The notes under the pieces: model-generated
Databases searched by the model: none
What the model saw: only the letters and a program-made list of their open reading frames with translations
Told to the model about the DNA's origin: nothing
Source of the DNA: an uncultured Bacilli bacterium
GTDB taxonomy: Bacteria; Bacillota_I; Bacilli_A; RF39; UBA660
Direction: 5' to 3'
DNA: 64,000 bases
Assembly (NCBI GenBank): GCA_944358695.1
Contig: CALVRM010000013.1
Coordinates: 18,566-82,565 of the forward strand
Part shown: positions 1-9,982 of the stretch, piece by piece
Layout: every line of letters starts with the position of its first letter
Position numbering within the stretch: position 1 is the stretch's first letter
Program-made: the position numbers and the translations under genes

Positions 1-1403
1 TTATTTTTTCTTTCTTCAGCAATACTTCGAGCTTGTTTTTCAGATTCAAAAGCCATAAATTTATCGCCGGCACTTGGAACCTCATTTAATCCTGTAATTT
101 CCACAGGTTGCGATGGATAAGCGGCGGTTATTTCTTCACCTTTATCGTTTTTCAATGTTCTAATTTTACCATAGGCCGTCCCTACTACAACTGGATCGCC
201 TAATCTTAGAGTTCCGTTTTGAATTAAAATAGTTACGATTGGGCCCACATGTTTATTTAATCTTGATTCAACAACGGTCCCCATCGCATATCTATTTGGA
301 TTAGCTTTTAATTCTTGCATTTCAGCAACTAAAAGGATATTTTCTAACAATTCGTTAATACCGTCGCCAGTGGCGGCAGAAATTTTAGTGAAAATAATGT
401 CCCCACCCCATTCTTCCGGCATAAGTCCATATTCACCTAATTCTTGCATAACTTTATCTGGATTAGCTCCTGGTTTATCCATCTTATTAATGGCAACTAG
501 TATTGGGACACCAGCGGCTTTAGCATGGTCGATGGCTTCCTTAGTTTGTGGCATAACGCCATCGTCAGCGGCGACAATAATAATAACAATATCAGTGATA
601 CTGGCACCCCTAGCACGCATTTCGGTAAATGCTGCATGTCCTGGTGTATCAATAAAGGTAATTAACTTTCCGTCGCATGTTACTTGATAAGCGGAAATTG
701 CTTGAGTGATTCCTCCAGCTTCAGTGGAAACAACGTCTGTTCTTCTAATTGCATCAAGTAAAGTAGTCTTACCATGGTCGACGTGACCCATAATAGTCAC
801 TACTGGTGGCCTGTTTTCTAAGTCTTTTTCATCATCGTAAATTTCAAAATTTTCAAAATTGGTGATATCGGCCACATCTTCTTTTTTTAAAGTTTTGCCA
901 TAATCTTCAATTAATATTTCAGCATTTTCAAAAGTGATAGGGCTATTAATGTTAACCATCAAACCTAATGCGAACAATTTTTTTATAATTTCTGAACTGG
1001 GAACCCCGATGGCTTCAGCTAGATTACCAATCGTCATATTTTCTTTATATAAAACTATGTTTTCATTTTGCGCTGGGGCATTACTTTGTAATTTTTCTTT
1101 ACTTTTATACATTGCTTTCTTTTGTTTAGCCAAATCGTCTTTATTAATAGTGGCTTTTTCTTCTTTTACTTTTGACTCTTTAGGTTTAGATTTTTTGGCT
1201 GGCGCTTTGGGGGTAATAACTTTTTCTTCATAAGCTGCTTCAATTTCTTCATCTGTTTCTAAGTTATTATCTAATAAAACAATGGCATCTTCATCTAATA
1301 AATCATCAGCGCTATTAACAGCTATATTTAATTCTCTACACTTATCTAAGATTGATTCAACTGTTCTATTAACATCTTCAGCATATTCTAATACACTCAT
1401 CAT
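1..1403 (-). CDS. infB: Translation initiation factor IF-2, partial. The N-terminal ~467 aa are in the window and the 3' end runs off the window edge.
   Basis: Minus-strand frame is open from an ATG at ~1403 (RBS AGAGGTG) to position 1. The translation contains the GTPase motifs [16 protein letters not shown] and DTPGHAAF. The gene follows nusA-ylxR as in the conserved operon. Confidence 0.9.
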   Translation of the reverse strand, partial: MMSVLEYAEDVNRTVESILDKCRELNIAVNSADDLLDEDAIVLLDNNLETDEEIEAAYEEKVITPKAPAKKSKPKESKVKEEKATINKDDLAKQKKAMYKSKEKLQSNAPAQNENIVLYKENMTIGNLAEAIGVPSSEIIKKLFALGLMVNINSPITFENAEILIEDYGKTLKKEDVADITNFENFEIYDDEKDLENRPPVVTIMGHVDHGKTTLLDAIRRTDVVSTEAGGITQAISAYQVTCDGKLITFIDTPGHAAFTEMRARGASITDIVIIIVAADDGVMPQTKEAIDHAKAAGVPILVAINKMDKPGANPDKVMQELGEYGLMPEEWGGDIIFTKISAATGDGINELLENILLVAEMQELKANPNRYAMGTVVESRLNKHVGPIVTILIQNGTLRLGDPVVVGTAYGKIRTLKNDKGEEITAAYPSQPVEITGLNEVPSAGDKFMAFESEKQARSIAEERKN

Positions 1404-1422
1404 AATAAGCACCTCTTTTCTA

Positions 1423-1680
1423 TTAATTTACTATTTTTTTTAATTCTTCAAATACTTCATCAGGTACGGTTGTCTCTAAGACTTTATTTAAAACTTGGCT
1501 TTTTTGCGCTTTTTCAAAAACGGCTAAATCTTTTTTTAAATAAGCTCCATGCCCATTAACTTTACCAGTGACATCAACGACAACTCCATTATTTGTGCGA
1601 ACAACTCTAATTAATTCTACTTTAGGTAGTTTTTCTTTTGTAACCACACACATGCGCATTGGTATTTTTCTTTGCTTCAT
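1423..1680 (-). CDS. YlxR/RnpM-like DUF448 RNA-binding protein
   Basis: 85 aa with the RMCVVTKEK...ELIRVV motif typical of YlxR. It sits between nusA and infB. Confidence 0.8.
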   Translation of the reverse strand: MKQRKIPMRMCVVTKEKLPKVELIRVVRTNNGVVVDVTGKVNGHGAYLKKDLAVFEKAQKSQVLNKVLETTVPDEVFEELKKIVN

Positions 1681-1682
1681 TA

Positions 1683-2834
1683 TTAATCAACAATATTTAT
1701 GCCAAGCTCTTTAGCTTGTTCATAAGTCTTTACATCGATTTTATAATGAGTTAATCGAGCGGCCAAACGAACATTTAGGCCTTTTTTACCAATGGCAAGT
1801 GATAAATTTTCGTTGTCAACGACAACTAAAGCTTCTTTTTTCTTTTCATCAGTTACAAAAACGTGTAAATTTTTAGCCGGGCTTAGAGCGTTTTCAATAA
1901 ATCTAGAGTCATCTGTATCGTAAGGAACAACGTCGATTTTCTCGCCATTTAATTCATCAATAATACGGCTAATACGGCTACCTCTTTCACCGATACAAGC
2001 TCCTACTGGATCGACGTTAGGGTTCTCTGAATAAACAGCAATTTTAGTGCGGTTTCCAGCATCTCTTGCGACACTATATACTAGGATAATACCTTCGTTA
2101 ATTTCTGGAATTTCTAATTCAAATAATCTTTTTACAAAACCGTAATGACTTCTAGAAAGTAAAATCAATGGCCCTTTTGAATTATTTTCAACTTTACTAA
2201 TATAGACTTTAATACTAGCCCCCATTTTAATGGTTTCGCCAGGAATTATTTCTGATTTTGGAAGAATCCCCTGGGTACGGCCTAAATCAATATAGTAATT
2301 TCGAACGTCTTCCATAGCTACATTACCAATAACCATTTCGTCTTGTTTGTCAGCGAATTCATTATTAATAATTTCTCTTTCTGCTTCTCTGATTTTTTGA
2401 ACAACTACTTGTTTAGCAGTAGCAGCTGCTACTCTTCCAAAGTCTTTAGGGGTTACTTCTTCTTCAATAGTTTCACCAATTTCAATGTCAGGAACAATTT
2501 TACGAGCTTCAGCTAAAGTAATATGAATACGGTCATCAAAATAGTAATCTTTTTCCACTTCTTCTTCATTACCTTCTTCATCCGTAATAATTTCAGTTTC
2601 ATATTTACCATCTTCTTTTTCCCACTCTTCATTTAAAACAACTGTTTTAAACGAATAAATTTTAATATCTCCAGTTTCTCTATTGATGTCCACTCTGACA
2701 TTAGATAGTGAATGGTAATTTTTCTTATAAGCCGATGTTAAAGCAAGCTCCATTGCATTATAAATAGTATCTTCATCAATACCTTTTTCTTTAGATAGAG
2801 CTTCCACAGCTTTTTTGAAAACTTCTCCATCCAT
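1683..2834 (-). CDS. nusA: Transcription termination/antitermination factor NusA
   Basis: The ORF translation has NusA N-terminal, S1 and KH regions (MDGEVFKKAVEALSKEKGI..., ...GINIVD). The start is placed at the internal ATG (MDGE), which has the RBS AAGGAAGTGA; the longer ORF-track N-terminus overlaps rimP. Confidence 0.9.
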   Translation of the reverse strand: MDGEVFKKAVEALSKEKGIDEDTIYNAMELALTSAYKKNYHSLSNVRVDINRETGDIKIYSFKTVVLNEEWEKEDGKYETEIITDEEGNEEEVEKDYYFDDRIHITLAEARKIVPDIEIGETIEEEVTPKDFGRVAAATAKQVVVQKIREAEREIINNEFADKQDEMVIGNVAMEDVRNYYIDLGRTQGILPKSEIIPGETIKMGASIKVYISKVENNSKGPLILLSRSHYGFVKRLFELEIPEINEGIILVYSVARDAGNRTKIAVYSENPNVDPVGACIGERGSRISRIIDELNGEKIDVVPYDTDDSRFIENALSPAKNLHVFVTDEKKKEALVVVDNENLSLAIGKKGLNVRLAARLTHYKIDVKTYEQAKELGINIVD

Positions 2835-2835
2835 T

Positions 2836-3090
2836 TTAATCACTTCCTTTCTCTTTTGAGCATACGTCAAGAACATAACTTTCACTTATTAGATCTGCTT
2901 GGTCTAAAAGCGGGTTAACAATGTCATTAACAATAACACAATCATTAATGTTTATGTAACCGTTTTTATCGATAACTAAAGTAAGGGTATTTATATTATT
3001 TTCGTCTTTACCATAAGTAACATTATCTAATATATAACCTTTTTCTAGAATTGCTGCTTCTAATAAGTCTCTCACCTTTTTTTCAATCAT
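2836..3090 (-). CDS. rimP: Ribosome maturation factor RimP, short 84-aa form with the N-terminal domain only
   Basis: MIEKKVRDLLEAAILEKGYIL...YVLDVCS matches the RimP N-domain. The position upstream of nusA is conserved. Confidence 0.7.
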   Translation of the reverse strand: MIEKKVRDLLEAAILEKGYILDNVTYGKDENNINTLTLVIDKNGYININDCVIVNDIVNPLLDQADLISESYVLDVCSKEKGSD

Positions 3091-3149
3091 GCTAGCCTCC
3101 TACTACGTTAAAGAGTGGGGATGCCCACTCTTCTGTCTCATGTGTTATC

Positions 3150-3200
3150 ACAAATATTATACCACAACTTTTATTAATTTTAAAAGTACTTTTCCAAAAT
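3150..3200 (-). promoter_or_regulatory. Sigma-A-like promoter (extended -10 TGTGGTATAAT) and a 5'-UTR hairpin (plus 3108-3127) for the rimP-nusA-infB operon
   Basis: The reverse complement of 3156-3166 is TGTGGTATAAT. Downstream there is an inverted repeat AGAGTGGG-CAT-CCCACTCT. Confidence 0.4.
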
Positions 3201-3339
3201 TAATAATAATTTTATTTAAAACTATATTAGTTTATGATCAAAGTTCAAGATTTATGTAATTATTATTAAATAAAATTGCTGTTTTCATAGAAAGACTATT
3301 AAAATATTTTAAAAACCATCTTATCTTTATTAACATGCA

Positions 3340-3912
3340 TTAATACTTAATACGTTGGTTGTATTTCAAATCTTCTGAGTAATTATATTTTTCATTAGCT
3401 TTATAATCGGTATATGTTTTATTAAAGCTGCCAAAGTCTTCTGATCTTTCTTCCGTATTTGTTTCGGTCATATTATCTAACGCAATTTTTATTTTTCGTA
3501 ATATGTCTTGATCCAAATCATTTGCCGTACTTTTACTCGATGAAGTACGCACTGAACGTAACAGTTCTTCAATTTTTTCTAGCAATTCTTCAGTTGCCAT
3601 ATTACCCACATTATTATCTTTTGAATCTGTTGAAGATGGACTTTGAGCTTGAGTTTTTGGAATATGAACGTTCCTAGAGGTTCGGCTTAACTTAGCATCA
3701 TATTTTTGTCTAGAAGATGCATCTGATAGTATACTATAGGCAGCTGTCACTTCTTTCATCATTTCTTCAAGTTCGGCAATAACCTCTCTTGGTTCATCAA
3801 TATGGGCATTAGGATGAAATTCTTTTGATCGCTCTCTAAACGCTTTTTTTATTTCTTCTTGGGAAGCCGTTGGCGAAACGCCTAATATTTCATAATAAGT
3901 TTTTTGCGGCAT
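3340..3912 (-). CDS. J-domain protein, DnaJ-like co-chaperone with a non-canonical HPN tripeptide
   Basis: YYEILGVSPTASQEEIKKAFRERSKEFHPNAH... is a J-domain. The C-terminus is low-complexity. Confidence 0.75.
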   Translation of the reverse strand: MPQKTYYEILGVSPTASQEEIKKAFRERSKEFHPNAHIDEPREVIAELEEMMKEVTAAYSILSDASSRQKYDAKLSRTSRNVHIPKTQAQSPSSTDSKDNNVGNMATEELLEKIEELLRSVRTSSSKSTANDLDQDILRKIKIALDNMTETNTEERSEDFGSFNKTYTDYKANEKYNYSEDLKYNQRIKY

Positions 3913-4262
3913 AAAAACTCCCTCCTTTTTTGGCTATAAGGTAACATCTTAAGCGTTAATTGTCAAATTGTAAGGTGTCATCGGTTCTTTAAAACGCTAA
4001 AAACAATTTTTTATATTAACGATATTTTAGTTTTAGTATGCGTAAAAGGCAACTGTTAACTTACGTCATAAGAATAATAAATATCATATATGGTATCTTA
4101 TTTAAAGAGAAGCTTTTATGAACTCATTAAAAAATTAAATCTAGAATGTTTAAATAAAGTTTATCAAAAAACGGAAGAGATGTGATATAATTATTGAGAA
4201 AGCTAATTGTTTTGCTGGGTAATGTTATTTTATTTAGCAAAAATAATTAAAGGAGATGACAA

Positions 4263-4967
4263 ATGGTAATTTTTAATAATAAAACTAGACTTAAAAATTT
4301 TATAAAAGGTTTTAGCATTGTTTTACTTTATTTTCTAGTTAGTTTTTTTAGAACTGCGCCTTTAACTTTATTAAATATAGATTATGATTCTATGTCTATC
4401 TTGGCAAAGGAATGTTACAATCTTGCCACAGAACTAGCTTTAATCGCGGTTATTGTTATAGTGTTTTTTAAACAATATAAAGCGGCGTGGAATGATTTAA
4501 AAAAGAATCATCGAAAATATTTTAGCGACAATTTAAGGCTTTATTTGCTTGGGGTAATTTTAATGATGAGCGCTAACGCATTAATAGCAGTCCTAGGAGG
4601 AGCAATGTCGGAAAATGAATCTTCTATTAGAGATCAATTCGCCGTCGCTCCTATTTATACTTATATTTCGGCTGTCTTTTTAGCGCCTATTTTAGAAGAA
4701 AGCATATTTAGATTAAGTTTTAGAAACATGTTTGAAAATAACTTTTTATTTATTGTGATATCTGGAGTTGTTTTTGGTGGCCTACATTTAATTAGCGGTG
4801 TTAGTATGGATTTATTATTTTTATATGTTATCGCATATTGTAGTTTTGGAGTTATTTTTGCATATATGTTAACCAAAACAAATAATATTTTTGTATCCAC
4901 GGGATTTCATCTAATGCATAATGGTATCTTAATGTCATTACAAGTGTTTTTATTATTATTTAGTTAG
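4263..4967 (+). CDS. CPBP-family (CAAX/Abi) intramembrane metalloprotease
   Basis: EExxxR (LAPILEESIFRLSFR), FxxxH (FGGLHLISG) and HxxxN (HLMHNG) motifs in a polytopic membrane protein. The RBS is AAGGAGATGA. Confidence 0.75.
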   Translation: MVIFNNKTRLKNFIKGFSIVLLYFLVSFFRTAPLTLLNIDYDSMSILAKECYNLATELALIAVIVIVFFKQYKAAWNDLKKNHRKYFSDNLRLYLLGVILMMSANALIAVLGGAMSENESSIRDQFAVAPIYTYISAVFLAPILEESIFRLSFRNMFENNFLFIVISGVVFGGLHLISGVSMDLLFLYVIAYCSFGVIFAYMLTKTNNIFVSTGFHLMHNGILMSLQVFLLLFS

Positions 4968-5102
4968 TAATAGTTTAATAGCGGTCTTTGCTAAAAGTAT
5001 AAAAAATAAAAAACATGGAAAGTGTTAATATTTTATTATGTATCAATTAAAAGATCTTTTGTCTTTTTTTCTTTTGTGGTAAAATTATACTAGGTGGTTC
5101 TA

Positions 5103-5978
5103 ATGAGTAAAAAAAAGAAAAAAAAGAGGTTTACTATTTTAAAAATATTTTTCGGTTTTATATTTATCTTAGGGCTTATTTATTTATATGGCGCTTATAT
5201 AGAACCTAAAAATATCAAAGTTCATGAATATAAAATTACTAGTGAAAAAATTAGCGACAACTTTGAGGGATTTACAATTGTTCATTTAAGTGACATTCAT
5301 TATGGACGCGTTTTTAAGCAAGCAGATTTAAAAAAACTAGTAAAACGAATAAATAGTATTAACCCGGATATCGTAGTAATCACCGGTGATTTAATTGATC
5401 GAGATACAAAAATGACAACAAGTCTTTCTAGCAACATAAGCAAAGAGCTAAATAAAATTAAGGCTAATAGCGGCAAATACGCAATTACTGGCAATCATGA
5501 TGTTAAATTTGATGAATGGGATAACATTATCAGCAATGGCGGATTTACAAATTTAAATAACAATTATGATACAATTTATAACAAAGGATACGAATCTTTA
5601 TTGATCGCTGGGGTAAGCTCTTTTAAAGATAAAGAATCGATTATTAATAAAAACCAAAAAACGGAAAATTATCTTAATTCCTTTGAAAAAGATGGACCAA
5701 TTTATAATATTTTACTTATTCATGAACCAGATTATATCGATGAACTTGAAAACAATAAATATGATTTAATTTTGGCGGGTCATTCACATGCGGGGCAAAT
5801 AAGATTACCAATAGTCGGAGCGTTACTGAAACCGGATGGAGCTACTAAATATTTTGAAGGTTATTATAAAGTTGGCAACAGTGACTTATATATTTCTAAT
5901 GGTATTGGAGTAGCTAATGTTAATTTTAGATTATTTAATAGTCCTTCCTTTAATGTTTATAGGTTAGTAAAAGAATAA
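5103..5978 (+). CDS. Calcineurin-like metallophosphoesterase (YkuE-like)
   Basis: Motifs HLSDIHYG, ITGDLIDRD, GNHD and ILAGHSHAG, with an N-terminal TM segment. The ATG at 5103 follows AGGTGG; the ORF track's 5094 start is a GTG. Confidence 0.8.
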   Translation: MSKKKKKKRFTILKIFFGFIFILGLIYLYGAYIEPKNIKVHEYKITSEKISDNFEGFTIVHLSDIHYGRVFKQADLKKLVKRINSINPDIVVITGDLIDRDTKMTTSLSSNISKELNKIKANSGKYAITGNHDVKFDEWDNIISNGGFTNLNNNYDTIYNKGYESLLIAGVSSFKDKESIINKNQKTENYLNSFEKDGPIYNILLIHEPDYIDELENNKYDLILAGHSHAGQIRLPIVGALLKPDGATKYFEGYYKVGNSDLYISNGIGVANVNFRLFNSPSFNVYRLVKE

Positions 5979-6016
5979 AAACGCTTGATAGCGAGGCTGC
6001 TGAAAAAGTATACAAA

Positions 6017-6054
6017 GACTACTGTAAAGAGATGACAGTAGTCTTTTAATTTGA
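6017..6054 (+). terminator. Rho-independent terminator
   Basis: AAGACTACTGT-N10-ACAGTAGTCTT followed by TTTT. Confidence 0.6.
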
Positions 6055-6073
6055 GATAATATATGTAGAAAAT

Positions 6074-6307
6074 GTGGTGATAAAAATGTTTAAATATTTT
6101 TTAGGATATGATCCTGAAGAAACAAAGTTAATTGATCTAAGTTTATTGACTGTTTTTCGCCGCGAAAGATTGATAGATAATGATGAAAACTTAATGGATA
6201 AACTAATAGAAAAAACAGTAGAATTAGCTTTAGAAAAAGGATTAATAGAAGTTAAGAATAAAGTAATAGTAGATTCGACTCATACTAATGCGCTATCATT
6301 TTTTTAG
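6074..6307 (+). pseudogene. IS1182/IS5-family transposase fragment (DDE region remnant)
   Basis: 77 aa ending ...GLIEVKNKVIVDSTHTNA resembles the catalytic 'VDSTHxKA' block of IS1182/IS5 transposases. There is no full-length ORF. Confidence 0.5.
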
Positions 6308-6371
6308 ACAGGTAAAAAATCACAATCTTTTACCTCCTATATATCATAGTTAGATCACCTATACAGCTTTT

Positions 6372-7232
6372 TTACACACTTATATTATTCCTTATAGGGA
6401 TCCATATTTCTATATATCTTCGTTTTTTATCATTAATATCAGGATACCAATAATCGATAACTACTTCTAGGCCATCATCTAATTCGTATTTGCTATTTTC
6501 AAATCCTTTGGAAAATATTTGTTTTCTAAGATCCATATATATAGCAGTTGGATATGAACAATTTTCTGTTTTAAATACTGCATAATCTTTCTTCGGAATA
6601 ATAATTTTTTCAAAGTCTTCTGATGTTTCTTTTGTATCAACACTAATATAATGATCAAATTCATTTTCTGTTAAATTTGTACTAACTTCAAGCCATCTGA
6701 TATCATTTGATTTTCTGTATTTTAATAATTCATATTGCTTTTTTCTAGTTTCAAGCCACATTTCCGTAACTTTTTCTATTCTTTCTTCTAAATTACAATT
6801 TAAATGTTTTTTATAACCTAAAAGTTCGAATGAGTATTTTTCTACAACCCTGTAATTCATAATCTCTCCTTCTACAAATTTTTTAATATCAAAGCGATTA
6901 AAAAGAGTTATTTGTGATATATCTTTTAATGATGAGGGATTACATCCATAATTTTTTTTAAATACCCTTGTGAACCCATCAGAACTATATCCATATTTAA
7001 AGGCAATTGTCGTTACACTTTCATTTTTCATTAATATATCAATAGCCGCTTTTGTTAATTTTCTTTTTCTGATATACTCACCTAAGGTAAGGCCACAAAC
7101 CATTTTAAATATTTGCTGAAAATATGAATTAGATATTCCTGCCACTTTAGCAATATCTTGATAATTTAATTCTACTTCTAAATTGTTTTCAATATAGTTT
7201 ATAGCTTCTTCGATACATCTTAAATAATCCAT
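6372..7232 (-). CDS. AraC-family transcriptional regulator with a C-terminal GyrI-like effector-binding domain
   Basis: N-terminal AraC HTH (IAKVAGISNSYFQQIFK... FKYGYSSDGFTRVFKKNYG) plus a ~160-aa C-terminal domain. Confidence 0.75.
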   Translation of the reverse strand: MDYLRCIEEAINYIENNLEVELNYQDIAKVAGISNSYFQQIFKMVCGLTLGEYIRKRKLTKAAIDILMKNESVTTIAFKYGYSSDGFTRVFKKNYGCNPSSLKDISQITLFNRFDIKKFVEGEIMNYRVVEKYSFELLGYKKHLNCNLEERIEKVTEMWLETRKKQYELLKYRKSNDIRWLEVSTNLTENEFDHYISVDTKETSEDFEKIIIPKKDYAVFKTENCSYPTAIYMDLRKQIFSKGFENSKYELDDGLEVVIDYWYPDINDKKRRYIEIWIPIRNNISV

Positions 7233-7465
7233 TTAATCACCTCACCGTAAGTATACAACACCTAAAAATATAAAACTCGACTTTTTATACTAAATATAAT
7301 TCATAAAGTTTAGTTTATATATTTCTTATTTTTCAAAAGTTTTACGATATAGTACTGATATACACTCTACATGCCTTGTTTTAAAATTATAACTAGTTGT
7401 TTGTTATGACTAAAATCTGAAAATAATTTTAAATTTATTAATTTTTATATACTCTGATTAAATTC

Positions 7466-8497
7466 TTAATTACTATTAATATTATCTACTTCGTTTAAAA
7501 ATTTATCAAAATCCGAATTATATAATTTATCTTGTTTTACTCTAAATTTATCATATTCTTCATATGCAAGTTCCTTTGCTACTTCATGAGATATTTTTCC
7601 CGCTCCATGTAATATATCTCTTCCATTAAATTTTAAAAATGCATTTAATTTTTCTACCCAATCTTTCATTGTCATTGCATTATGATTTTCTGCTTGCATT
7701 TCTGCATAATCTAAATACATTGTAACAATTCTATTTAAATCCTTTAGCTCTTTTTCTGTTAAATAGTTTTTGGCTATTGTGGCATCATATTTATATATTG
7801 GACCATTAGGTGATTGTTTCCAATTAGTAAGACCCATATTTTCCTTATTTGAATCTACTCTATTATATATAATTTCAGCGGCAGTATTACCAGTTACTGA
7901 ATAATGAAGTTTGTTTTGAACTGTTTTAAAAAATTCTTTGGTTATTTCGCTGTCTTTGTCATAATCCACACTACAAAGAGAATAAATATCGGTTATTTTT
8001 TGATAAAATCTTCTTTCACTAGAACGGATATTTCTAATTCTTTCTAATGTTTCTTCAAAGTAATCTTCACCAAAAATGTAATTTGGATTTTCGAGTCTTT
8101 CATCATCCATAACTACGCCTTTAATCATATATTCTTTTAAAATTTTAGTTGCCCAGATTCTAAAATTTGTTGCTTTTTTTGAATTCACACGATAACCAAC
8201 TGCAATTATAGAATCCAAATTGTAAATCATAACTTGTCTATTTACTTCTCTATTTCCTTCTTTTTGAAGTAGGAAAATTTCTTTCCTAGTTGAATTTTCA
8301 TCTAATTCATTATCGGAATATATATTTTGCAAATGGATACCTATATTTCTCTTGGATGTATCAAATAATTCAGCCATTAAGTTTTTGGTTAACCATAGAT
8401 CATTATTTATTAACATAACACTTACTTTAACATCGCCATTACTATCTCGATATATTAAGAAATCATGGTTAGTTACCTGTAATCTGTCTTCTTCCAT
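7466..8497 (-). CDS. RhuM-family virulence/Fic-DOC-like protein
   Basis: The N-terminal region (FLIYRDSNGDVKVSVML...WLTKNLMAELFDTSKRNIGIHLQNIYSDNELDE...YNLDSIIAVGYRVNSKKATNFRIWATKILKEY) matches the RhuM family. Confidence 0.8.
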   Translation of the reverse strand: MEEDRLQVTNHDFLIYRDSNGDVKVSVMLINNDLWLTKNLMAELFDTSKRNIGIHLQNIYSDNELDENSTRKEIFLLQKEGNREVNRQVMIYNLDSIIAVGYRVNSKKATNFRIWATKILKEYMIKGVVMDDERLENPNYIFGEDYFEETLERIRNIRSSERRFYQKITDIYSLCSVDYDKDSEITKEFFKTVQNKLHYSVTGNTAAEIIYNRVDSNKENMGLTNWKQSPNGPIYKYDATIAKNYLTEKELKDLNRIVTMYLDYAEMQAENHNAMTMKDWVEKLNAFLKFNGRDILHGAGKISHEVAKELAYEEYDKFRVKQDKLYNSDFDKFLNEVDNINSN

Positions 8498-8701
8498 AAT
8501 TTTATCATCTCTCTTTCTATTTCATTTTTAATGTTTTTATTTTAAAAGGAATTTCAACTAGTTTCCCCATACCACTATACTTTGTATGATGAAACATATA
8601 TTCTTCAAACAACCTACTTTATATTTTTCTATATTTTTATAAAAAATCATCAATTTTTAGTGTTTTTTTGATACCCACTGACTAGTTGATTTTCTCTTCA
8701 T

Positions 8702-9901
8702 TTATAAATGATTAACGCGTTTTAGCACGCACACACATTCAACATGATATGTATTTGGAAACATATCTACCGGAGTAACTTCTTCAATAGTATATTTGTC
8801 TTTTAAGATATTCAAATCCCTAGCTAAAGTAATACAATCACAAGAAATATAAACAATAGTTTCAGGATTAATTTCTAAAATGTCATTAATACTTGCTTTA
8901 GTCAGTCCACTTCTTGGAGGATCGACAACAATGATATCGGCTCCCCATTTTTTTAGTTTATTAATTTCTTTAGAAACATCACCGCAAATAAAGCTAGCGT
9001 TGTTAATATTATTTAACTTTTTATTTGCTTCAGCGCATTTAATGGCCTCTTCATTTATTTCGATTCCAAGAACTTCCTTAAAATATCGACTTAAAAGAAG
9101 AGTGATAGTTCCAGTACCACAATATAAGTCAAGAACCTTTTTAGTTTGATTTTTCTCGCAGTATTTTATGACTTGCTCATATAACTTCTCGGTAGTTTCT
9201 TTATTAACCTGGAAAAATGAATTTTTAGATATTTGAAATTTTAAACCGTATATTTGGGTAATAAGATAAGGTTTACCATATACTAATTTTTCATTAATAT
9301 ATATACTTGAAACTAAGCTTTTTAGTTTTTCAAAATCAAAGTTGCCATCGGCAATTAACATAATTTCTCCAAAATCTTTAATTACTATTTCTTTAATATT
9401 TCTTAAGTCTAGTGTATTTAAAGTTTTAATTATTTCATTAGTTTTTTCACTAGCTAGTTCGCACCTATTAATTGTGATTATATTATTACTATGGTTTTGA
9501 TGATAGCCAACATAAGTATCAACTTTTAAAGTTATTTTATTACGATAATTGTTAATATTAGAACTAGGAATGATTGAATTTATTTGGGGTTCGAGATGCG
9601 CAAAACGCTTTAAAATATCTTTTATTTTTTCCTCTTTATATTCTAACTGCCTTTCATATTTTAAATGTTTTAAAGCGCAACCACAGTTTAAATAAGGACA
9701 TTTAGGCGTAATTCGATTAGGACTTATTTTTTTTAATTCTTTTATTTTAGCTTCAGCATATCTTTTTTTATTTTGCGTAACAATAATAGTTGCTTCTTCC
9801 CCTGGTAAAAGATTATCTACAAAAGTTATTTTGTCATTAAAAAAAACAATTCCACGGCCAAAGTTATCGAGCTTTTCACATTTTACGAATTCATTCATCA
9901 T
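8702..9901 (-). CDS. 23S rRNA (uracil-C5)-methyltransferase, RlmD/RumA family
   Basis: TRAM-like N-terminus, Cys cluster (CPYLNCGCALKH), SAM motif DLYCGTGTITL and DPPRSGL. Confidence 0.8.
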   Translation of the reverse strand: MMNEFVKCEKLDNFGRGIVFFNDKITFVDNLLPGEEATIIVTQNKKRYAEAKIKELKKISPNRITPKCPYLNCGCALKHLKYERQLEYKEEKIKDILKRFAHLEPQINSIIPSSNINNYRNKITLKVDTYVGYHQNHSNNIITINRCELASEKTNEIIKTLNTLDLRNIKEIVIKDFGEIMLIADGNFDFEKLKSLVSSIYINEKLVYGKPYLITQIYGLKFQISKNSFFQVNKETTEKLYEQVIKYCEKNQTKKVLDLYCGTGTITLLLSRYFKEVLGIEINEEAIKCAEANKKLNNINNASFICGDVSKEINKLKKWGADIIVVDPPRSGLTKASINDILEINPETIVYISCDCITLARDLNILKDKYTIEEVTPVDMFPNTYHVECVCVLKRVNHL

Positions 9902-9982
9902 ATCATTCCTTTTTATCTATATTAATTATAACATAATTTGGATATGTTTAGTTCATAATAAAAGTAGGAAAGATGTGATTAT

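Noticed and set aside
370-1233. Plus-strand ORFs 370-687 and 934-1233
   Set aside because: They lie antisense inside the well-supported infB coding region, and their translations are hydrophobic or low-complexity with no RBS. They are shadow ORFs.
2835-2885. N-terminal 17-aa extension of NusA (MKVMFLTYAQKRKEVIK) from the ORF track
   Set aside because: It overlaps the end of rimP in another frame. The conserved NusA N-terminus begins at the internal MDGEVF..., which has a good RBS.
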